DNA of 63,281 nucleotides, counting the filler, from Actinomycetota bacterium (lineage in GTDB: Bacteria; Actinomycetota; Acidimicrobiia; IMCC26256; VFJJ01): the NCBI GenBank assembly GCA_009886115.1. It is 4 parts of 4 records of this genome, joined end to end, with 100 filler letters (N's around TTAATTAATTAA, not from the genome) between each part and the next. Parts side by side here need not be neighbours in the genome. Positions count along the whole stretch, not along the records: positions 1 to 25,100 come from VFJJ01000146.1; positions 25,201 to 36,763 come from VFJJ01000055.1; 2 more parts are not named here. The stretch is one strand, 5' to 3'. Position 1 is the first letter of the stretch. The number at the start of each line of letters is the position of its first letter. The translations under genes and the position numbers were made by a program. The notes under the pieces are model-generated. The model did not search any database, was not told the DNA's origin, and saw only the letters and a program-made list of their open reading frames with translations. Shown in pieces: positions 19,277-29,173 of this stretch.

Positions 19277-19971
19277 ACGCCGACACGACCCGGACGGGGA
19301 CGACCCGGCCGGGTGAGGGACGGGGGCTCGGGCACCGTCAGGTCCGTACGCCCGCCGAGCGCAACAAGGCGCTGCTGACCCTCATGGGCGGACTGGTCGT
19401 CGTGGTCGTCGTGATGCTCGGCGTGCGCCAGCTCGGTGGCGGGACCGAGACGGCCGACGTGAGGGTGGTCGCCTCGGGGCTGGGACCCGTCCAGGCCCTC
19501 GAGGTCTGCGACGACGGACGGGTCTTCGTGGACGCCGAGGCCCTCACCGGAGCCTTGCTCACCACGGCCGACGGCACCACGCTGCGGCCCGACCCGAGCG
19601 CGATCGCCAGCGACCCGGCGTGCCCCCCGGCGTCGGTGGCGCTCGATCCGTTCGTGGCCGACGGTCCCGACGGGGGGCGGTTCAGCGTGGCCGACGGTGT
19701 GATCTCGCGCCGCGATGCCGACGGGACGATCGTGGTGGCCGCCGGCGCTCCCGTGCCCGTCGAGGGGATCACCGGGATCGCCGTCGATCCGGCCGGGCAC
19801 GTGTTCGTGTCGCTTCCCGACGGGCTCCGCGAGCTCACTCCCGCGGGAACCCTCCGTGAGATCGAAGCGAGCGGGGTCGTCGCCCCCGGCCCCATCGTGG
19901 CGCCGTCCCTCGGGGTCATCATCGTCGGGACCGCCGCCGGCACCCTCGTGCGCGTGCAGCTCCCCCGCTGA
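19273..19971 (+). CDS. Hypothetical single-TM protein with propeller-like beta segments
   Basis: ATGA overlap with upstream gene; TM LLTLMGGLVVVVVVMLGV; GIAVDPAGHVFVS. Confidence 0.65.
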   Translation: MNADTTRTGTTRPGEGRGLGHRQVRTPAERNKALLTLMGGLVVVVVVMLGVRQLGGGTETADVRVVASGLGPVQALEVCDDGRVFVDAEALTGALLTTADGTTLRPDPSAIASDPACPPASVALDPFVADGPDGGRFSVADGVISRRDADGTIVVAAGAPVPVEGITGIAVDPAGHVFVSLPDGLRELTPAGTLREIEASGVVAPGPIVAPSLGVIIVGTAAGTLVRVQLPR

Positions 19972-20037
19972 GCCCGGCGAGCACCAGCCGGAGCGGGCGC
20001 GCCGTCGCAGCCGGGGGGCGCAGGCCGCCGGGGGAAG

Positions 20038-21603
20038 CTACGGACCCGTGCGGTCGGCCACCACCGGGCCCGACGGTCGCTCTCGGATGCGGAGGATGCG
20101 GTTGACCGCAGCGAGGAACGCCCGGGCCGAGGCCTCGACGACGTCGGTCGAGAGCCCGCGCCCCGAGACCTTCAAGCCGTCGTGCTCGGCCTTGATCACC
20201 ACGTCGCCGAGGGCGTCGGTGTTGCCCGTGACCGACGAGACCTTGAAGTCGGTGAGCCGGGCGTCGATCCCGGTGGCCTGCTTGATGGCCGAGCACACGG
20301 CGTCGATCATCCCGTCGCCCTCGCCGAACGCCGTGACCTTGGTGCCGTCGCGCTCGAGCACGACCCGAGCCGATGGGGTCGAGAGGTTCCCCCCGTGCAC
20401 CTCCAGCGACACCATGGCATAGCCCGTGCCGACGGCCTGGCCCAGCTCTTCGACGACGATCGCCTCCAGGTCGGCCTCGTTCAGCTCCACCTTGCGATCG
20501 GCGAGCTCCTTGAAGCGCATGAACGCGGCGTTGAGCGCGTCGCCCTGGAGCCGGAAGCCCAGCTTGTCGAGGGCGTCACGGAATGCGTGCCGCCCGGAGT
20601 GCTTGCCCAGGACGATCTCGGTGGTCTGCCCGACGGCTTCGGCATCCATGATCTCGTAGGTCGACTTGTCGGTGAGCACCCCGTGCTGGTGGATTCCCGC
20701 CTCGTGGGCGAAGGCGTTGCGGCCCACGACGGCCTTGTTGTACTGCACCGGGTAGCCGGTGAGCCGTGAGACCAGTCGGGACGTGCGCGCCAGTTCCTCG
20801 GTCCTGATGCCCACCTCGAACTGGCCCAGGGCATCGGCCCGGGTCCGCAGGGCCATCACCAGCTCCTCGAGCGCGGCGTTGCCCGCACGCTCGCCGATCC
20901 CGTTGATCGTGCACTCGATCTGACGGGCGCCGGCGGCGACCCCGCTGAGCGAGTTGGCGACGGCCAGCCCCAGGTCGTTGTGGCAGTGCATCGACAGGAC
21001 GTAGTCGCCGCTGACCCGCTCCCGGATGCTGGCGATGCGCCGACCCCACTCCTCGGGAACGGCGAAGCCCACGGTGTCGGGGATGTTGAGCGTCGTCGCC
21101 CCGTTGTCGACGGCCAGTCGGAGCACATCGCACATGAAGTCGAAGTCGCTGCGAGAGGCGTCCTCGGGCGAGAACTCGACGTCGTCGCAATACGACCGGG
21201 CACGCGCCACCGCCGTCGCCGCCTCGATCTTCACCTGATCGGGGGTCATGCGGAGCTTCTTTTCCATGTGGATGGGCGACGTGGCGATGAACACGTGGAT
21301 CCGGCGACGGGCGGCGTGTTGCACGGCCTCCCAGGCCCGGTCGACGTCGGCGAAGCCGGTGCGCGACAGGCCGCAGACGATCGGCGAGCCCGAGGCTCCC
21401 GGGGTGCCGAAGAGGCGGGCGATCGCCTCGACGGACTCGAAGTCACCCTGGCTGGCGATCGGGAACCCGGCCTCGATCACGTCGACGCCGAGCCGGGAGA
21501 GCTGCTCGGCGATCTCGAGCTTCTCGGTCACGTCGAGCGAGATCCCGGGCGACTGCTCGCCGTCTCGCAGGGTGGTGTCGAAGATCGTGATGCGCTCGCT
21601 CAT
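20038..21603 (-). CDS. leuA: 2-isopropylmalate synthase
   Basis: FDTTLRDGEQSPG, HCHNDLG, GIGERAGN, AFAHEAGIHQHG, C-terminal regulatory domain. Confidence 0.97.
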   Translation of the reverse strand: MSERITIFDTTLRDGEQSPGISLDVTEKLEIAEQLSRLGVDVIEAGFPIASQGDFESVEAIARLFGTPGASGSPIVCGLSRTGFADVDRAWEAVQHAARRRIHVFIATSPIHMEKKLRMTPDQVKIEAATAVARARSYCDDVEFSPEDASRSDFDFMCDVLRLAVDNGATTLNIPDTVGFAVPEEWGRRIASIRERVSGDYVLSMHCHNDLGLAVANSLSGVAAGARQIECTINGIGERAGNAALEELVMALRTRADALGQFEVGIRTEELARTSRLVSRLTGYPVQYNKAVVGRNAFAHEAGIHQHGVLTDKSTYEIMDAEAVGQTTEIVLGKHSGRHAFRDALDKLGFRLQGDALNAAFMRFKELADRKVELNEADLEAIVVEELGQAVGTGYAMVSLEVHGGNLSTPSARVVLERDGTKVTAFGEGDGMIDAVCSAIKQATGIDARLTDFKVSSVTGNTDALGDVVIKAEHDGLKVSGRGLSTDVVEASARAFLAAVNRILRIRERPSGPVVADRTGP

Positions 21604-21633
21604 GTTCGCTCCTGCGTCGCTGGTGGCACGGGG

Positions 21634-21665
21634 AAAAGCAAAACCCCCTGGTCAAGACCAGGGGG
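21634..21665 (-). terminator. Attenuator terminator upstream of leuA
   Basis: CCCCCTGGTC-TT-GACCAGGGGG then TTTTGCTTTT on minus strand. Confidence 0.9.
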
Positions 21666-21696
21666 CGACCGGCGAGCACCGAAAGGGCGCTCGCCG

Positions 21697-21735
21697 CTAC
21701 AGAAGGAGGAGGCCGGAAAAAGGAAACGTGCTCAT
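21697..21735 (-). CDS. Leu-rich leader peptide MSTFPFSGLLLL
   Basis: ATG...CTC CTC CTT CTG TAG followed by hairpin 21671-21695 and terminator. Confidence 0.88.
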   Translation of the reverse strand: MSTFPFSGLLLL

Positions 21736-21771
21736 GTGACCGTGAACGCTACCACAGCCGCTCCCCCAACG

Positions 21772-21818
21772 AAATTTGTGCAGAAATCGTCGCCTGCCGA
21801 CGATTTCTGCACAAATTT
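21772..21818. repeat. REP-like palindrome, copy 2
   Basis: AAATTTGTGCAGAAATCGTCG-CCTGC-CGACGATTTCTGCACAAATTT; same core as 13311-13351. Confidence 0.85.
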
Positions 21819-21857
21819 GGGAACAGACGTGGGGACGGGGACGGGGGCGCGGGGGGT

Positions 21858-23444
21858 TCAGGTGAGCTCGATGGGGCGGGCCGAGACGATGCCGTCGTTG
21901 GCCACGAGTTCGGCGACCACGGTCGGCGCCACCACGTCGTCGGTCGCCAGGGCCATCAGCGCCACCTCACCCGACGGGCTGCGGCCCAGGTTGAGGTAGG
22001 AGATGTTGACCCCGGCTCGGCCCAGGGTGGTGCCGACGAGACCGATCTGGCCCGGACGGTCGCTGTTGCGCACGACCAGCATGTGCCGTGTCGGCGGGAT
22101 GTCCACCGAGTGGTCGTCGATCGAGACGATGCGCGGTTCCTGCTTCGTCCCGCTCAGCGTGCCGGCGACCTGGTGCTCGGCGCCGGCCACCCGTCCCCTG
22201 ATGGAGATCAGGTTCACGAAGTCCCGGGCGCTCGTCGACTTGGTCTCACGGACGTTGAGCCCCCGCTCCTTGGCCAGCTGGGGGGCGTTGACGAACGAGA
22301 CGGCCTCGTCGATCGTGGGCTTCAGCAACCCCTTCATCACCGCGAGGGTGAGCACCCGGCAGTCGTAGTCGGCGAGCTGGCCCTCGAACAGGACGTCGAT
22401 CTCGTCGCCGAGGCCCCCGGTCATCACGCTGAAGAACTGGCCGAGCCGCTCGGCCAGCACCAGGAACGGCCGCACGGTCTCGGAGGCCTCGCGGGCATCG
22501 ACGTTGACGGCGAACGGCACGAAGTCGCCGCGGAGGGCCAGCACGACCTGCTCGGCGATGGTCTGGCCCGCGTTGTCCTGGGCCTCGACCGTCGAGGCGC
22601 CGAGATGGGGTGTGACCACGACTTCCGGCCGCCCGAACAGTGGCGACTCCGTGGTGGGCTCGCGCTCGAAGACGTCGAGCGCGGCACCGGCCACCCGTCC
22701 GTCGACGATCGCCTCGTACAAGGCGGCCTCGTCGAGGATCCCCCCTCGGGCCGTGTTGACGATCCGCAGCCCGGGCTTGGCCTGCTTGAGCGCCTCCGCA
22801 CCGATGATCCCGACGGTCTCGGGGGTCTTGGGCAGGTGGATCGTGAGGAAGTCGGCCTGGGACATGAGCTCGCCCACCGTTGCCACGAGCTCCACGCCGA
22901 GCTGGCGGGCCCGCTCGGGGCCGATGAACGGGTCGTAGGCGAGCACGCGCATGCCGAAGGCGGACAGGCGCTGGGTGACGAGCACCCCGACCCGTCCCAG
23001 CCCGACGACGCCCAACGTCTTGCCCCGCAGCTCGACGCCCTCCCAGCGTGACCGGTTCCACGCACCGCCCACCAGATCCCGGTGGGCCTGGGGGATGTTG
23101 CGGGCCTGAGCCAGCATGAGGGCCACCGTGTGCTCGGCTGCCGACACCACGTTCGACTGCGGCGCGTTGACGACCATCACACCGCGCCGGGTCGCTTCGG
23201 CCACGTCGATGTTGTCGAGGCCGATCCCGGCCCGGCCCACGACCACCAGCTCGGATGCCGCGGCCAGGGCCTCGGCGTCGACCGCGGTGGCGCTGCGGAC
23301 GATCAGCGCGGCGGCTCCCGGGAGGGTGCGAAGCACCGCCGCCCGATCGAGGCCGAGCTGCACGTCGGCATCGAGCCCGGCCGCATCGAGAACGGCGACG
23401 GCGCTCGGTGCGAGCTCTTCGGTGATGAGCACTCGTCGATTCAC
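21858..23444 (-). CDS. serA: D-3-phosphoglycerate dehydrogenase
   Basis: GRAGIGLDN, NAPQSN, GLGRVG, TARGG, TPHLGAST, ASB + ACT C-terminus. Confidence 0.96.
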   Translation of the reverse strand: MNRRVLITEELAPSAVAVLDAAGLDADVQLGLDRAAVLRTLPGAAALIVRSATAVDAEALAAASELVVVGRAGIGLDNIDVAEATRRGVMVVNAPQSNVVSAAEHTVALMLAQARNIPQAHRDLVGGAWNRSRWEGVELRGKTLGVVGLGRVGVLVTQRLSAFGMRVLAYDPFIGPERARQLGVELVATVGELMSQADFLTIHLPKTPETVGIIGAEALKQAKPGLRIVNTARGGILDEAALYEAIVDGRVAGAALDVFEREPTTESPLFGRPEVVVTPHLGASTVEAQDNAGQTIAEQVVLALRGDFVPFAVNVDAREASETVRPFLVLAERLGQFFSVMTGGLGDEIDVLFEGQLADYDCRVLTLAVMKGLLKPTIDEAVSFVNAPQLAKERGLNVRETKSTSARDFVNLISIRGRVAGAEHQVAGTLSGTKQEPRIVSIDDHSVDIPPTRHMLVVRNSDRPGQIGLVGTTLGRAGVNISYLNLGRSPSGEVALMALATDDVVAPTVVAELVANDGIVSARPIELT

Positions 23445-23640
23445 AGATGTCCTCGGGTCGCAGAGCTCGGACGGGGCTGACGGGCGAAAGGCGCGGCCAC
23501 CACCCGGATCCGGGCGGAGGGTGCCGGTCCGACGGCCGCCCGGGGTTCCATCGTCACAGGACGGGTGCGGCCACAGGGAATCCGAGACCGTCGAGCTGGT
23601 ATCCCTCGCCACACCCACCCCGATGTCGTACCGTTACAAC

Positions 23641-25100
23641 ATGAGGAACATTGGCCTCATTCACCCCATGGGCTGCGGCGACGTCCGCCGCCGCCTGAGG
23701 ACCGCCATCACAGCCCGGACCCGGCTGCTGGTCGTCGTGGCGGCCGTGGGGCTCGTCGCTGGCGCAGCGCCCGCGCCCAGCCACGCTCAGACGACCGCCC
23801 AGACGACCGCCCAGGTCGAGCCGGCACCCGCGCCGTCGACCGAGCCCACCACGGGGGGTAGCGCCACGGTTACGCCGGCCGATGCGTGCGTCACGGCAGC
23901 GGCCACGTACTTCCCGGTCGCGGCCAAGGAGTGGATCCTCGTCGACGCCGATACGGGCGCCGTGCTGTCGTGCTATCGCCATCACGACGCCGTGGCCCCC
24001 GCCAGCACCGTGAAGCTGGTGACGGCACTCATCGCCATGGAACGGCTGCAGCTCGGCACCGAGATCGTCGTCAGTGAGCTCGCCGCCTCGCAGCCGTCGC
24101 AGCGGATCGGGCTGTCCCCGGGCGAGCGCTGGCGCTACGAGGCCCTGCTCCAGGCGATGATCGTGGGCTCGGCCAACGATGCCGCCTACGCCCTCGCCGA
24201 GGCGTCCTCAGGCACCATCGACGCCTGGGCCGACGACGCCAGGGAGCTGGCCACCCGGCTGGGCCTGAGCGACAGCACGTTCGCCGACCCGGCTGGGCTC
24301 GACAGCAACGCCGCTCCCAGCGGGGTCTCGCTGCTGTCCGCCTTCGACCTGGCGATCGTGGCGCGCAGCGTGTTGGCCCGGCCCGAGCTGGCTCAGATGG
24401 TCGCCACGACCGAGACCTCGATCACCGGCCCCGACGGCGTCGTCCACGAGGTACGCACGTCGAACCAGCTCTTCGAGCTCACCGAGGGCGTCCTCGGCAT
24501 CAAGGCGGGCTACACCAGCGCAGCCGGTCACACGATCGTGGCCGCGGCGACCCGGAGCGGGCGCACGATGATCGCCGTGGTGCTCGGTTCCTCCGACCTC
24601 TACGGCGCCACCGCGACCCTCCTCGAGATGGGCTTCGCATCACCGATTCGCACGCCGGGGACGCGTGAGCGACTCCCCGCGCTGCGGGTCATCGAACCGG
24701 CGTCGCTGCCGAGCGGCTCCGAGCGCGACGCAGCCCGGGCGGCGGTCTCCACCACCGATCCGACCGGCATCCCAGCACCAACCAGCCTCGAATCCGACCA
24801 CCCCGGAGGTTTCCCCGTGTCCACGCCCACCATGATCCTCGTCCTCATCGCGCTCGTGAGCTTGGGTCTCGTACGACGTCGAGCGATCGTGAAGCAGCGT
24901 CGGATCCGCCTCCAGCGCCGCAAGTTCATCGAGGCGCAGCGCAAGGGGCTCGTCCACGTCTGCACTCGGGAGGCCGTCGAGGACGGCGACACGCCGACGG
25001 TGCGTGTGCACCGCATGTCCGAGCGCCCGTCGACTGCCGCAGCGGCGTCTCCCATCGGGGGCCGGCCGATGGGCTCGAGCCGTCCTGCGACTGCTGCCCG
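23641..25100 (+). CDS. D-alanyl-D-alanine carboxypeptidase (peptidase S11), 3' end at contig gap
   Basis: Signal peptide, PASTVK (SxxK), SAN (SxN), KAGYT, C-terminal TM. Start uncertain. Confidence 0.88.
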
Positions 25101-25200
25101 NNNNNNNNNNNNNNNNNNNNNNNNNNNNNNNNNNNNNNNNNNNNTTAATTAATTAANNNNNNNNNNNNNNNNNNNNNNNNNNNNNNNNNNNNNNNNNNNN
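25101..25200. other. Artificial contig linker
   Basis: N-run flanking TTAATTAATTAA (stops in all six frames). Confidence 0.98.
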
Positions 25201-25278
25201 ACCGGTGATCCCCGAGCTGCCCGCCGTGTTCCCGATCGACGACGACATGTCGCCGTCTCTCGGGCTCCACTGAGCACA

Positions 25279-27458
25279 TCAGCAGCGCTCGCACAACCGA
25301 GCCGCCGGCCGGGCGTAGATACCCCTGCCTGACGGCGTGAACGAGAGGCTCGTCACCCACTCGCCCGGCTCCCGACTCAACCGCCGGGTCATCGTCATGA
25401 CACCCACACGGGCATCGCCGAAGCCTTGAACCACACCGGGTTCGGTCACGATCGCATAGCCGTTCCCCGACGGCGTCCGCTCGAGGTCGATCGCCCGGGT
25501 CCCCACGGTGCCACCACGCGGCCCGACGGTCGCCGACGCGTCACCCCGATGCTGCGCATCCCCGAAGGCGTAGACCCTCCCGTCGTCGCCGAGCATCCAG
25601 TACCCGGACCGGGCCGGAGCCTGCGCAGCCCGCGGGGGAGGCGCTGCGGGTGGAGTCGGAGGCGGTGCGGGTGGAGGAGGCGGAGGAGGCGTGCCCAGGG
25701 CCAAACGGCCGAGGCCGACCGCCGGCCCGGCCGCCGGTGGAATGGCCACCCGGGCGGCCAAGGCCTGCTCGATCGCCGTGGGGTTGCGGTTCAGGCTCGG
25801 GACGGCCTGCATCAGGAGCGCAGCAGCCCCCGAGACGTGCGGCGCCGACGCGCTCGTCCCGCAGAATCCGCTGAAGGGGGTCGCCGTACGGGGCCCGCCG
25901 CTGATCGTGGAAACGCAGTCGGGGGCCGACATGAACGGGACCGCCGAGCCGTCGAGGTTCGGCCCGAACGAGCTGTACGGCTTGAGCGCGCCGGTGAACG
26001 CGTCAACGGCGCCGACCGAGGTGGACGCTCGCTGGCTCGCAGGCTCGATCGCGCTTCCGGCCCCGACGGGCAGGCTCATCAGAGCTCCACCACCGGTCAC
26101 CCACACGTCGAGACGCAGGCCCGGGGATGCGCCAGCGAAATTGCCCACGCCGATCGTGAAACCACTGGGACAGGATCCGAAGGCAACCAGGAACTCGACA
26201 GGAGGTTGGGTGCCCGTTTGCACCGTCTCCGACGATTCCACGATGCTCGCACCACACAGGAGAAAGAGATCCAGGTCGGTCGGCGTGGGGTCAGGGCTCG
26301 CTCCCGGCCAGTCGTCCCACCGCAGCCAGACACCCATCAGCCCGGTGGCTCCGTTCGAGATGACGCCGCCGGGCGGCAATCCGTCGAGCACTCGGTCTCC
26401 GCCAGCATCGACCCAGGGCCCGCCCCAATGGGTCTGGGCACTGTTCCCCGTGGCGTTCACCCACACGATTCCGGCATCTCGGACCGCCGCCACCACCTCG
26501 GCCGGCGTGTCGACCGTCCCGTCTCCGTCGTCGTCGCGATCGCCGCCTCGGCTCGTTCCCATGTAGCCGACCGACATCTGGACGATGTCGATCCCGTTGG
26601 CGGGTTCAGGATGTAGTCCTTGGCCTGGAGGAGCTCACTCAACGAGAGCGCACAGATGAGGTGCAGGCGGGCACCCGGCGAGACGTCGTGAACGATCTCG
26701 GCGACGGCGGTCCCATGAGAATCGGCCTCGAAAACCGGGCAGAAGCTCTGCGTGACGAGCTGCGACCCGGCCGGCAGATCGCCCGCGGCCTGCCGGGCCA
26801 GGAACCCCGCGAAACCCGTATCGACGATGGCGATGTCGATGCCGGCGCCGGTGATCCCCGCCGTGTGCCAGGCGCCGGCGCCGATGCCCGCGAGACCCTC
26901 GGTGGTGACCGGTCCGGCAGAGCGCTCCGCGACGGGCTCGGGCTCGACGTAGCGGACACCGGCGACGGCGCCGATCGCGGCGAGCGTCGCCTGGTCGGGC
27001 GCGACATCAGCAAAGATCGTGCCCCCGGCATCGAACGTCACGGTCGCGCCCGTCGCCTCCATGGCCGCCCTCACCGCGGCTCCTCGAGCCGGATCGACGT
27101 GCACGGCGACAGCCACCGTCCCGTCGACGTCGCCCGAGCTCGCGCCCGCGATCGCGGTTCCGGCGGGGACCAGCCCGCCCGCCCCAACCGAGTCGGCGAC
27201 GGGGCGGAGTGGGCCCGCCTGTCGCAAGCTCGAGGCCAGCGTGTCGGGCAAGCCTGGCGTCTCGCTGTCGTACCGGTCGAGGGTCTCGCCCGCCAGTGCT
27301 GACGCCTCCCCGATCCCGATCTCGGTCGGGGCACGCATCGGTTCGGGGCGATCACCGCCCCACGCTGCCACGGGCCCCGCAGCGGCGATCGTGGCGGCCA
27401 CCATCGTGATGGCCGCAACGGTCACCGTCGTTCGGCCGATCCGGTTCCGAGCGTCCAC
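25279..27458 (-). pseudogene. Secreted subtilisin-like S8 peptidase split by a 1-nt frameshift near 26602
   Basis: ORF 26457..27458 has signal peptide, Asp (IVDTG) and His (SHGTAVA); ORF 25279..26577 has NATGN, Ser (GTSASAPHV), Pro-rich linker and GYW...VYAFGDA repeat. Confidence 0.8.
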
Positions 27459-27661
27459 GGCCCGCTCCTCTGCTCCAGGGCGTCGAAGGCCTGGATCAGC
27501 GAACCGCCATCGGGCTCGCGGCAGTCCCGCCGATCCGAACCGGACGATAGGGGTGGCCCACCCAACGTCGGCCGAACCCCCGATGAACTCTGGATGATCG
27601 ATCGGATCGGCGCCCGGTCAGGAGCTCAGGAGCCGAGGGCGTGGAACTCGACCAGGAGCGC

Positions 27662-28810
27662 TCAGGCGGCGACGGGCGCGGGTCGGCGGCGCAGGCCCCA
27701 GTTGTTGCTCGGCTCGGTCTGGGTTCGGGCATCGACGGCGGCGAGGTCGTCGGCCGAGAGGACGGCCTTGAGCGAGACGATGGCCACCTCGAGCTGATCG
27801 AGGGTGGGCTCGCGGGTCGTGAGCTTCTGCAGCAGGCGGCCGGGACGCGACACCCAACGCACGACCCGGAATCGCTGGTGCTTGGCCATCAGGCGGATCG
27901 CCTCGTAGCTCACCCCGGCCACGGGGAGGACCATCAGGACTCGGGTGAAGATGATCCCGACGACCCCGGGACGGCCGAACAGGAGGTGCGACGCGATCGA
28001 GACGACCATGACCACGAGCAGGAAGCTCGTGCCGCAGCGGACGTGCTCGGTCGTGAACTGCTGCGCCGTCGTGGGTGTGAGCTCGACCTCGTTCTCGTAG
28101 GCAGCGATCGCCTTGTGCTCGGCACCGTGGTACTGGAAGACCCGCTTGATGTCGGGTACGAGTCCGATGAGGCCCAGATAGGCGATGAAGAACGAGAACT
28201 TGACCGCTCCGTCGACGAGGTTGAAGGACGTCCCCGAATCGGTGAAGGCGTGCGAGATGAGCCCGGGAACGATCATGAAGAAGCCGACGAAGAAGACGAT
28301 TCCGATCGCCATCGAGATGCGCATGGCGAGCTTCGACACCCCGCCGAGCTCGCCGTCGACCGGCGAGTTGGCCTCGGCGCCCGAGGCCTCATTCTTGGCG
28401 TTCTTGACCTTCTTGGCTCTCTTGGGGGCTGCCGGAGCCTCCCCGCGCTCGGCGGCCGCGGCGGCTGCGGCGGCGTCCTCCTCGCGGATGCGGGCTTCCT
28501 CGGCTGCCAGCGCCTTGTCGGCCGACCAGGTGAGGGCCTTGAAGCCCAAGACCATCGACTCGACGAGCGTGGCCACACCGCGCACGAACGGCACCTTGCG
28601 ATACTTCTCGGCCGACACCGGAGCGTCGTGGACCTCGGTCTCGATCGTCCCGTCGGGCAGACGGATCGACACGGCCCAGGTGGTGGCGCCGCGCATCATG
28701 ACGCCTTCGAGAACCGCCTGACCACCCACGTAGCGGGGCTCGCCTCCGTCGGCGCCCGTGACGAGCGTCGGGCTCGACGGGCTCGACGTTTGCGATGATC
28801 CTCGAGGCAT
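27662..28810 (-). CDS. DUF1385 domain membrane protein
   Basis: GGQAVLEGVMMRG, VFQYHGAEHK, HVRCGTSF, LQKLTTREP; downstream of rpmE. Confidence 0.92.
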   Translation of the reverse strand: MPRGSSQTSSPSSPTLVTGADGGEPRYVGGQAVLEGVMMRGATTWAVSIRLPDGTIETEVHDAPVSAEKYRKVPFVRGVATLVESMVLGFKALTWSADKALAAEEARIREEDAAAAAAAAERGEAPAAPKRAKKVKNAKNEASGAEANSPVDGELGGVSKLAMRISMAIGIVFFVGFFMIVPGLISHAFTDSGTSFNLVDGAVKFSFFIAYLGLIGLVPDIKRVFQYHGAEHKAIAAYENEVELTPTTAQQFTTEHVRCGTSFLLVVMVVSIASHLLFGRPGVVGIIFTRVLMVLPVAGVSYEAIRLMAKHQRFRVVRWVSRPGRLLQKLTTREPTLDQLEVAIVSLKAVLSADDLAAVDARTQTEPSNNWGLRRRPAPVAA

Positions 28811-28836
28811 GGACGCTCCGGTGCTGGTTGGGGGGG

Positions 28837-29070
28837 TTAGCTCTTGGCGGTGCTCTGGGCCTGCGCGGCCTGGGTCTTGGCGTAACGGCGCTGGAAGCGC
28901 TCGACCCGTCCACCGGTGTCGACCAGCTTCTGGCGGCCCGTGTAGAAGGGGTGGCACTCCGAGCACAGCTCGACGCGCATTTCCTTCACCGTGGCCCTGG
29001 TGACGTATTCGTTGCCGCACGAGCAGTGGATCTTGCAGAGGTCGTATTCGGGATGGATGCCGGTCTTCAT
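28837..29070 (-). CDS. rpmE: 50S ribosomal protein L31 (Zn-binding type)
   Basis: [30 protein letters not shown]. Confidence 0.97.
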   Translation of the reverse strand: MKTGIHPEYDLCKIHCSCGNEYVTRATVKEMRVELCSECHPFYTGRQKLVDTGGRVERFQRRYAKTQAAQAQSTAKS

Positions 29071-29173
29071 GATCGATCCTCGGGCTGCGTCTTGGAAACG
29101 TCGCGGGGGACGTCGTGGGGACGGGCCAGTGTACTGGTCGAGTTGCCCCAACCGTGCAGTGACCTGAGTTGTC

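Noticed and set aside
25101..25200. TTAATTAATTAA within N-runs (also 36764-36863 and 56192-56291)
   Set aside because: Identical 100-bp artificial joins; not biological, and ORFs or gene adjacency across them are not real.
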